From: a virus | Direction: 5' to 3' (one strand) | Length of the DNA stretch: 35,200 nt | Virus genome (UHGV): UHGV-0097760 | In this document: one piece after another, positions 28,155 through 35,200 of the stretch | Position numbering within the stretch: the stretch's first letter is position 1 | How the letters are laid out: each line of letters opens with the position of its first letter | Made by a program: the position numbers and the translations under genes | The notes under the pieces: generated by a model | What the model was told of the DNA's origin: nothing | What the model saw: only the letters and a program-made list of their open reading frames with translations | Database searches by the model: none

Positions 28155-28166
28155 GGAGCCTGACCG

Positions 28167-28685
28167 ATGGCAATGCCGCGCAAACTCAAGTTAATGAACG
28201 TCTTTCTGAACGGCTACAGCTATCAGGGCGTTGCAAAGTCCGTCACGCTGCCAAAACTGACCCGTAAGCTTGAAAACTATCGCGGTGCGGGGATGAACGG
28301 CAGCGCACCGGTAGACCTCGGCCTTGATGACGATGCGCTGTCAATGGAGTGGTCGCTCGGGGGCTTCCCGGATTCGGTTATCTGGGAGCTTTACGCCGCA
28401 ACCGGTGTGGATGCCGTGCCGATTCGTTTTGCAGGCTCTTACCAGCGCGACGATACCGGCGAAACGGTGGCCGTTGAAGTGGTCATGCGTGGACGTCAGA
28501 AAGAAATCGACACCGGCGAGGGGAAACAGGGAGAAGACACCGAGTCGAAAATCTCCGTGGTCTGCACCTATTTCCGGCTGACGATGGACGGTAAGGAGCT
28601 GGTCGAAATCGACACCATCAACATGATTGAGAAGGTGAACGGCGTCGACCGGCTGGAGCAACACCGCCGCAATATCGGCCTGTGA
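28167..28685 (+). CDS. FII: Tail tube protein FII (172 aa)
   Basis: Length and synteny match P2 FII. Confidence 0.9.
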   Translation: MAMPRKLKLMNVFLNGYSYQGVAKSVTLPKLTRKLENYRGAGMNGSAPVDLGLDDDALSMEWSLGGFPDSVIWELYAATGVDAVPIRFAGSYQRDDTGETVAVEVVMRGRQKEIDTGEGKQGEDTESKISVVCTYFRLTMDGKELVEIDTINMIEKVNGVDRLEQHRRNIGL

Positions 28686-28741
28686 TTTTCATCCGGTCAG
28701 CCAGGCTGACCGGTTAACCCCGATTCAGAAGTGAGAAAACC

Positions 28742-29017
28742 ATGGACAAAGAAAATGTCATTACCCTGGAAAATCCGGTCAAACGTGGTGAGCAGGTCAT
28801 CGAACAGGTCACGCTGATGAAACCCAATGCCGGGACGCTGCGCGGTGTCAGTCTGGCTGCGGTCGCGAACTCCGAAGTCGATGCACTGATTAAGGTGCTG
28901 CCGCGCATGACTGCACCGATGCTGACCGAGCAGGAAGTCGCCGCACTGGAACTGCCTGACCTTGTGGCGCTGGCCGGTAAGGTGGTCGGTTTTTTGTCGC
29001 CGAACTCGGTGCAGTGA
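28742..29017 (+). CDS. E: Tail assembly chaperone E (91 aa)
   Basis: Length and synteny; slippery site near its 3' end. Confidence 0.85.
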   Translation: MDKENVITLENPVKRGEQVIEQVTLMKPNAGTLRGVSLAAVANSEVDALIKVLPRMTAPMLTEQEVAALELPDLVALAGKVVGFLSPNSVQ

Positions 29018-29169
29018 CGTTCCCGAAAAATCTGTCGGTCGATGACCTGATGGCGGATGTGGCAGTGATATTTCACTGGCCGCCATCAGAACTGTATCCC
29101 ATGAGCCTGACCGAACTCATCACATGGCGCGAAAAGGCGCTTCGGCGAAGCGGAAACACGAATGAGTAA
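28742..29169 (+). CDS. E+E' extended tail chaperone produced by programmed -1 frameshift at TTTTTTG (28990-28996)
   Basis: Manual translation of the -1 frame after the slippery heptamer gives an open frame to TAA at 29167-29169 (..FPKNLSVDDLMADVAVIFHWPPSELYPMSLTELITWREKALRRSGNTNE). Confidence 0.7.
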
Positions 29170-31609
29170 CAATGTAAAATTACAGGTATTGCTCAGGGCT
29201 GTTGACCAGGCATCCCGCCCGTTTAAATCCATCCGCACAGCGAGCAAATCGCTGTCGGGGGATATCCGGGAAACACAAAAATCACTGCGCGAGCTGAACG
29301 GTCAGGCATCCCGTATTGAGGGATTTCGCAAGACCAGTGCACAGCTCGCCGTGACTGGTCATGCACTTGAAAAGGCACGGCAGGAGGCCGAAGCCCTTGC
29401 CACACAGTTTAAAAACACCGAACGTCCGACACGTGCTCAGGCGAAAGTGCTGGAATCCGCGAAGCGTGCGGCGGAGGACTTACAGGCGAAATATAACCGC
29501 CTGACGGATTCCGTTAAATGCCAGCAGCGGGAACTGGCCGTTGTGGGAATTAATACCCGCAATCTTGCACATGATGAGCAGGGACTGAAAAATCGTATCA
29601 GTGAAACCACCGCACAACTTAACCGTCAGCGCGACGCGCTGGCGCGTGTCAGTGCGCAACAGGCAAAACTTAACGCAGTCAAACAGCGTTATCAGGCAGG
29701 CAAGGAACTGGCCGGAAATATGGCCTCAGTGGGCGCTGCCGGTGTGGGGATTGCGGCGGCGGGAACGATGGCCGGAGTTAAGCTGCTGATGCCCGGCTAT
29801 GAGTTTGCGCAGAAAAACTCAGAATTGCAGGCCGTGCTGGGTGTGGCAAAAGACTCCGCCGAAATGACCGCACTCCGCAAGCAGGCGCGCCAGCTCGGCG
29901 ACAATACCGCAGCCTCGGCAGATGATGCAGCCGGTGCACAGATTATCATTGCGAAAGCGGGTGGAGATGCTGCGGCTATTCAGGCGGCAACGCCGGTCAC
30001 GCTGAATATGGCACTGGCGAATCAGCGGTCGATGGAAGAAAACGCGCAACTGTTGCTGGGGACTAAGGCATCCTTTCAACTGTCAAATGATGATGTCAGC
30101 CATGTGGGCGACGTGTTGTCGGCAACGATGAATAAGTCGGCGGCTGATTTTCAGGGACTCAGTGATGCACTGACTTACCTCGGGCCGGTTGCGAGGACGG
30201 CAGGTGTAAGTCTTGAGCAGGCAGCAGCCATGACAGGTGTGCTGCATGACAATAACATCAGGGGGTCAATGGCGGGGACGGGTAGCAGTGCCGTTGTCAC
30301 CCGATTACAGGCACCGACTGGAAAAGCATGGGATGCACTCAAAGAGCTTGGCGTTAAAACCTCGGACAAAAAGGGAAATATGCGTCCGTTGTTCACCATT
30401 CTGAAAGAGATTCAGGCCAGCTTTGATAAACACAAGCTGGGAACGTCTCAGAAGGGGGAATACCTTAAAACCATTTTTGGTGAGGAAGCCCTGAAATCAG
30501 CGAACGTTTTACTGGCAGCGGCAGCAAGCGGAAAACTGGATACGCTGACCGCCACGCTGAAAGCCTCGGACGGTAAAACGGAAGAGCTGGTTAAAATCAT
30601 GCAGGATAACCTCGGCGGTGACTTTAAGGAGTTTCAGTCCGCTTATGAGGCGGTGGGGACTGACCTGTTTGACCAGCAGGAAGGCGCACTGCGTAAGCTC
30701 ACTCAGACGGCCACAAAGTATGTGTTAAAACTCGACGGCTGGATCCAGAAAAACAAATCACTGGCGTCAACCATCGGCCTCATTGTCGGTGGCGCGCTGG
30801 CGCTTATTGGCATCATCGGTGCTATTGGTCTTGTAGCCTGGCCGGTTATCACCGGCATCAATGCCATTATCGCGGCAGCAGGCGCAATGGGGGCAATCTT
30901 CACGACGGTTGGCAGTGCTGTTATGACGGCCATCGGGGCGATTAGCTGGCCGGTTGTGGCCGTGGTGGCCGCCATTGTCGCCGGGGCGTTGCTTATCCGT
31001 AAATACTGGGAGCCTGTCAGCGCATTCTTTGACGGTGTGGTTGAAGGGCTGAAAGCGGCATTTGCGCCGGTGGGGGAACTGTTCACGCCACTGAAGCCGG
31101 TGTTTGACTGGCTGGGCGAAAAGTTACAGGCCGCGTGGCAGTGGTTTAAAAACCTGATTGCCCCGGTTAAAGCCACACAGGACACCCTGAACCGTTGCCG
31201 TGATACGGGCGTCATGTTCGGGCAGGCACTGGCTGACGCGTTGATGCTGCCGCTTAATGCGTTCAACAAACTGCGCAGTGGTATTGACTGGGTACTGGAA
31301 AAACTCAGTGTTATCAACAAAGAGTCAGACACACTTGACCAGACCGCCGCAAGGACTCATGCCGCCACGTATGGCACCGGTGGTTATATTCCGGCGACCA
31401 GCTCTTATGCTGGCTATCAGGCTTATCAGCCGGTTACGGCACCGGCTGGCCGCTCTTATGTAGACCAGAGTAAAAACGAATATCACATCAGCCTGACGGG
31501 TGGTACTGCGCCGGGGACACAGCTTGACCGCCAGTTACAGGACGCGCTCGAAAAATACGAGCGGGATAAACGTGCGCGCGCCCGTGCCAGCATGATGCAT
31601 GACGGTTAA
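29162..31609 (+). CDS. T: Tail tape measure protein T (815 aa)
   Basis: Long alpha-helical protein with Gly/Ala-rich hydrophobic segment; length equals P2 T. Confidence 0.9.
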   Translation: MSNNVKLQVLLRAVDQASRPFKSIRTASKSLSGDIRETQKSLRELNGQASRIEGFRKTSAQLAVTGHALEKARQEAEALATQFKNTERPTRAQAKVLESAKRAAEDLQAKYNRLTDSVKCQQRELAVVGINTRNLAHDEQGLKNRISETTAQLNRQRDALARVSAQQAKLNAVKQRYQAGKELAGNMASVGAAGVGIAAAGTMAGVKLLMPGYEFAQKNSELQAVLGVAKDSAEMTALRKQARQLGDNTAASADDAAGAQIIIAKAGGDAAAIQAATPVTLNMALANQRSMEENAQLLLGTKASFQLSNDDVSHVGDVLSATMNKSAADFQGLSDALTYLGPVARTAGVSLEQAAAMTGVLHDNNIRGSMAGTGSSAVVTRLQAPTGKAWDALKELGVKTSDKKGNMRPLFTILKEIQASFDKHKLGTSQKGEYLKTIFGEEALKSANVLLAAAASGKLDTLTATLKASDGKTEELVKIMQDNLGGDFKEFQSAYEAVGTDLFDQQEGALRKLTQTATKYVLKLDGWIQKNKSLASTIGLIVGGALALIGIIGAIGLVAWPVITGINAIIAAAGAMGAIFTTVGSAVMTAIGAISWPVVAVVAAIVAGALLIRKYWEPVSAFFDGVVEGLKAAFAPVGELFTPLKPVFDWLGEKLQAAWQWFKNLIAPVKATQDTLNRCRDTGVMFGQALADALMLPLNAFNKLRSGIDWVLEKLSVINKESDTLDQTAARTHAATYGTGGYIPATSSYAGYQAYQPVTAPAGRSYVDQSKNEYHISLTGGTAPGTQLDRQLQDALEKYERDKRARARASMMHDG

Positions 31610-31623
31610 GGAGGTGACGAAAA

Positions 31624-32103
31624 ATGATGCTCGCGTTAGGTATGTTTGTTTTTATGCGCCAGACGCTGCCACACCAGACCATGCAGCGTGAATCAGATTA
31701 TCGCTGGCCGTCAAATTCCCGTATCGGTAAACGGGATGCCTACCAGTTTCTCGGTGTGGGTGAGGAAAACATGACGCTTGCCGGTGTGCTTTATCCCGAA
31801 CTGACCGGCGGAAAGCTGACGATGACCACGCTCAGGCTGATGGCAGAGGAAGGCCGGGCGTGGCCGTTGCTGGATGGCACCGGCATGATTTACGGCATGT
31901 ATGTCATCAGCAAGGTGAGTGAAACAGGGAGTATTTTCTTTGCAGACGGCACACCCCGGAAAATTGATTTTACGCTGTCGCTCACCCGCATTGATGAATC
32001 ACTGGCCGCGCTTTATGGCGATATCGGTAAACAGGCGGAGTCGCTCATCGGTAAGGCCGGCAGTATGGCGACCAGATTCACGGGTATGACGGGGGCAGGA
32101 TAA
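31624..32103 (+). CDS. U: Tail protein U (159 aa)
   Basis: Length and synteny match P2 U. Confidence 0.85.
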   Translation: MMLALGMFVFMRQTLPHQTMQRESDYRWPSNSRIGKRDAYQFLGVGEENMTLAGVLYPELTGGKLTMTTLRLMAEEGRAWPLLDGTGMIYGMYVISKVSETGSIFFADGTPRKIDFTLSLTRIDESLAALYGDIGKQAESLIGKAGSMATRFTGMTGAG

Positions 32104-33266
32104 TGCTGGATGCGCTGACATTTGATGCAGGCAGTACGCTGACGCCGGATTATATGCTGATGCTCGACAGCAGGGATATTACCGGCAATATCAGCGACCG
32201 TCTGATGAGCATGACCCTGACGGATAACCGGGGCTTTGAGGCTGACCAGCTTGATATTGAACTGAACGATGCCGACGGGCAGGTCGGGCTGCCGGTTCGT
32301 GGCGCTGTCCTGACGGTGTATATCGGCTGGAAAGGTTTTGCCCTGGTATGCAAAGGGAAATTTACCGTTGATGAGGTTGAACACCGGGGCGCACCGGATG
32401 TGGTTACCATCCGCGCCCGGAGTGCAGATTTTCGCGGGACGCTCAATTCCCGCCGTGAAGGCTCCTGGCATGACACCACGCTCGGTGCGATTGTTGAGGC
32501 GATAGCCTCCCGTAACAAGCTGGAAGCCAGTGTCGCTCCGTCACTGGCCGGAATTAAAATCCCGCACATCGACCAGTCGCAGGAGTCCGATGCGAAATTC
32601 ATGACCCGTCTTGCAGAACGCAACGGTGGTGAGGTGTCGGTAAAAATGGGAAAACTGCTGTTTCTCAAAGCGGGGCAGGGGGTGACGGCCAGCGGTAAAA
32701 AAATCCCGCAGATTACCATCACCCGCAGCGATGGCGACCGTCACCATTTTGCGATTGCTGACCGTGGAGCCTACACCGGCGTAACGGCAAAGTGGCTACA
32801 CACCAAAGACCCGAAGCCGCAAAAGCAGAAGGTAAAACTGAAACGCAAAAAGAAAGAGAAACACCTGCGCGCACTGGAGCACCCGAAAGCGAAACCAGTC
32901 ACGCAGAAGAAAGCGCCAAAAGTACCGGAAGCGCGCGAAGGTGAATACATGGCCGGTGAGGCTGACAACGTTTTTGCCCTGACCACGGTATATGCCACGA
33001 AAGCGCAGGCAATGCGCGCCGCTCAGGCGAAGTGGGACAAACTGCAACGGGGCGTTGCGGAGTTCTCCATCAGCCTTGCCACTGGTCGGGCTGATATTTA
33101 CACGGAAACGCCGGTCAGAGTGTCAGGCTTTAAGCGCGTCATAGACGAGCAGGACTGGACAATCACTAAGGTGACACATTTTCTGAATAATAGCGGCTTC
33201 ACGACGTCCTTAGAGCTTGAGGTCAGGCTTTCTGATGTGGAGTATGAAACAGAAGATGAAGAGTGA
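32103..33266 (+). CDS. D: Tail protein D (387 aa)
   Basis: Length and synteny match P2 D; TAATG overlap with U. Confidence 0.85.
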   Translation: MLDALTFDAGSTLTPDYMLMLDSRDITGNISDRLMSMTLTDNRGFEADQLDIELNDADGQVGLPVRGAVLTVYIGWKGFALVCKGKFTVDEVEHRGAPDVVTIRARSADFRGTLNSRREGSWHDTTLGAIVEAIASRNKLEASVAPSLAGIKIPHIDQSQESDAKFMTRLAERNGGEVSVKMGKLLFLKAGQGVTASGKKIPQITITRSDGDRHHFAIADRGAYTGVTAKWLHTKDPKPQKQKVKLKRKKKEKHLRALEHPKAKPVTQKKAPKVPEAREGEYMAGEADNVFALTTVYATKAQAMRAAQAKWDKLQRGVAEFSISLATGRADIYTETPVRVSGFKRVIDEQDWTITKVTHFLNNSGFTTSLELEVRLSDVEYETEDEE

Positions 33267-33347
33267 TGTGTTTTATTTATCTATTTGTTTTATAAGGGTA
33301 AATTAACTAAAATGGCACCATCAACAAAACCGGAAGAGGTGCTCGCG

Positions 33348-33566
33348 ATGTTTCATTGTCCTTTATGCCAGAATGCCGCACATGCGCGTACAAGCCGTTA
33401 TATTACTGACACGACAAAAGAGCGTTATCATCAGTGCCAGAACGTGAATTGCAGCGCCACGTTCATCACTTATGAGTCGGTACAGCGATACATTGTGAAG
33501 CCGGGAGAAGTCCACGCCGTAAGGCCGCACCCGTTGCCGTCAGGACAGCAAATTATGTGGATGTAA
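33348..33566 (+). CDS. ogr: Late gene transcriptional activator Ogr (zinc finger, 72 aa); start set at ATG 33348
   Basis: MFHCPLCQ...CQNVNC Cys4 zinc-finger pattern; 72 aa; last prophage gene before attR. Confidence 0.9.
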   Translation: MFHCPLCQNAAHARTSRYITDTTKERYHQCQNVNCSATFITYESVQRYIVKPGEVHAVRPHPLPSGQQIMWM

Positions 33567-33577
33567 TTACAAACAGG

Positions 33578-33604
33578 AAGCCCCTCAGTCGAGGGGCTTT
33601 TTTG
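33578..33604 (+). terminator. Rho-independent terminator after ogr (AAGCCCCTC-AGTC-GAGGGGCTT followed by TTTTTG)
   Basis: 9-bp perfect stem, 4-nt loop, T-tract. Confidence 0.75.
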
Positions 33605-33667
33605 TCGATGTGGTCAATGTGTGGACGTGACCAGAAATAAATCCTTTTATTTCATTGTATTACGCGT

Positions 33668-33694
33668 AAAAAATAAGCCCGTGTAAGGGAGATT
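33668..33694. other. attR core (P2 27-bp att core AAAAAATAAGCCCGTGTAAGGGAGATT), coincident with the cyaR 3' end
   Basis: Sequence matches the P2 att core as I recall it; lies at the junction of phage and host DNA about 100 bp after ogr. Confidence 0.7.
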
Positions 33695-33754
33695 ACACAG
33701 GCTAAGGAGGTGGTTCCTGGTACAGCTAGCATTTTATGGGTTATGTTTTTCAGC
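33668..33754 (-). ncRNA. cyaR: CyaR (RyeE) Hfq-dependent small RNA, 87 nt
   Basis: Minus strand reads GCUGAAAAACAUAACCCAUAAAAUGCUAGCUGUACCAGGAACCACCUCCUUAGCCUGUGUAAUCUCCCUUACACGGGCUUAUUUUUU with terminator hairpin and U-tract; matches my recollection of E. coli CyaR. Confidence 0.8.
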
Positions 33755-33838
33755 GAAACGGATGATAACCTTAATAAATGCAGCTGTATGTGATCGGTTT
33801 CTAAGAATTTTTCATCCGGGAAAAATAATCGAAATTAA

Positions 33839-35200
33839 TCACTTACCGTGGGGGTTACGCGTGGTTTCACCGGAGAAATTACGCATCAGCAGCGCGTAAT
33901 TCAGTTCGAGATCCTGCGGCACCGGGAGCCACACAGTATAACCATCGCCTGGTGCGACCGGCATTGCTTCACCTTTGGCGTTTTCCATATGCTCAAGGGT
34001 AAAGTTAATGTTGCCTTGCGGCGTCATTAGCTCAAGGCTGTCGCCAACGGAGAATTTATTTTTCACCGCTACCGCCGCGAGCTCCCCCTTGCGCTCACCG
34101 GTAAACTCACCAACAAACTGCTGGCGGTCAGAAACCGAATAACCGTATTCGTAGTTCTGATAATCGTCGTGGGTATGACGACGCAGGAAACCTTCGGTAT
34201 AGCCACGATGCGCCAGACCTTCCAGCGTTTCCAGCAGGCTGGTATCGAACGGTTTGCCCGCAGCGGCGTCATCGATAGCTTTACGGTAAACCTGCGCGGT
34301 GCGTGCGCAATAGTAGAAAGATTTGGTACGGCCTTCGATTTTCAGCGAATGCACGCCCATTTTGGTCAGGCGTTCAACATGGGCGATGGCGCGCAGATCT
34401 TTCGAGTTCATGATGTAAGTGCCGTGCTCATCTTCAAACGCGGTCATATACTCGCCCGGACGCTGGGCTTCTTCGATCATAAACACTTTGTCGGTTGGCG
34501 CGCCGATACCCAGCGTCGGCTCAACATTTTGCACCGGAATTGGCTCGTACTTGTGTACGATGTTGCCAACGTCATCTTCTTTCCCTTCCTGGACGTTGTA
34601 CTCCCAGCGGCAGGCGTTGGTGCAGGTACCCTGGTTCGGGTCGCGCTTGTTGATATAGCCAGAGAGCAGGCAGCGACCGGAGTAGGCCATGCACAGCGCA
34701 CCGTGAACGAAGATCTCGATCTCCATATCCGGCACCTGATTGCGGATCTCTTCAATCTCTTCCAGCGACAGCTCGCGAGAGAGGATCACGCGGGTCAGGC
34801 CCATTTGCTGCCAGAATTTCACCGTCGCCCAGTTCACGGCGTTAGCCTGTACCGAGAGATGGATCGGCATTTCAGGGAAGTGCTCACGCACCAGCATAAT
34901 CAGCCCTGGATCGGACATAATCAGCGCATCCGGCCCCATTTCCACCACCGGTTTCAGGTCACGGATAAAGGTTTTCAGCTTGGCGTTGTGCGGTGCAATG
35001 TTGACCACGACATAAAACTTTTTCCCCAGCGCGTGGGCTTCATTGATGCCGAGCTGAAGATTTTCGTGGTTGAATTCGTTGTTGCGCACACGCAGGGAGT
35101 AACGCGGCTGGCCCGCATAAACAGCATCTGCGCCATAAGCGAAAGCGTAACGCATATTTTTCAGCGTTCCCGCCGGGGAAAGGAGTTCCGGTTTAAACAT
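33839..35200 (-). CDS. yegQ: Host U32-family peptidase-like protein YegQ (453 aa); start codon is the last 3 nt of the window
   Basis: 453-aa ORF with U32 family features; GC content and location outside attR indicate host DNA; neighbour of cyaR as in E. coli K-12. Confidence 0.8.
   Translation of the reverse strand: MFKPELLSPAGTLKNMRYAFAYGADAVYAGQPRYSLRVRNNEFNHENLQLGINEAHALGKKFYVVVNIAPHNAKLKTFIRDLKPVVEMGPDALIMSDPGLIMLVREHFPEMPIHLSVQANAVNWATVKFWQQMGLTRVILSRELSLEEIEEIRNQVPDMEIEIFVHGALCMAYSGRCLLSGYINKRDPNQGTCTNACRWEYNVQEGKEDDVGNIVHKYEPIPVQNVEPTLGIGAPTDKVFMIEEAQRPGEYMTAFEDEHGTYIMNSKDLRAIAHVERLTKMGVHSLKIEGRTKSFYYCARTAQVYRKAIDDAAAGKPFDTSLLETLEGLAHRGYTEGFLRRHTHDDYQNYEYGYSVSDRQQFVGEFTGERKGELAAVAVKNKFSVGDSLELMTPQGNINFTLEHMENAKGEAMPVAPGDGYTVWLPVPQDLELNYALLMRNFSGETTRNPHGK

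Larger units (their letters stand above)
1..33694. mobile_element. P2-like prophage (Peduovirus-type), right end at attR; attL is outside the window to the left
   Basis: Complete P2 gene order with P2-matching protein lengths, cos site, attR core at 33668-33694; window starts at the integrase stop codon. Confidence 0.9.

Noticed and set aside
1-35200. N-terminal extensions in the ORF track for C, A, P, O, L, X, lysC, R, FI, ogr and the orf78-like and orf91-like genes
   Set aside because: The track begins at the first in-frame start codon of any type (including GTG/TTG); internal ATG codons with RBS-like sequences give products whose lengths match P2 proteins exactly, so the shorter forms were used

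Overview
This window is almost entirely one P2-like temperate phage integrated as a prophage in an E. coli-type chromosome, with the host sRNA gene cyaR and yegQ on the right flank. Gene order and protein lengths match P2 almost one-for-one: int, C, cox, B, orf80-83, A, orf91, [cargo locus 1], cos, Q, P, O, N, M, L, X, Y, K, lysA/B/C, R, S, V, W, J, I, H, G, [cargo locus 2], FI, FII, E/E', T, U, D, ogr, attR. attL lies left of position 1, outside the window. Two AT-rich cargo loci sit where P2 carries tin/old and Z/fun, positions known to hold swappable anti-phage genes. Locus 1 (about 5.9-8.3 kb) has a 226-aa unknown protein, a short ORF remnant abutting a hairpin, and a minus-strand 313-aa unknown protein with a possible HEPN-type RNxxxH motif. 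Locus 2 (about 22.9-26.9 kb) has a translationally coupled minus-strand pair: a 145-aa protein that by eye resembles a diadenylate-cyclase (DAC/DisA_N) fold, and a 197-aa protein with two N-terminal transmembrane helices. This pair is the best candidate for an undescribed nucleotide-signalling abortive-infection system. Divergent from it is a 633-aa OLD-family ABC-ATPase/Toprim nuclease. All functional calls rest on reading the translations, motifs and synteny by eye; no database search was run.
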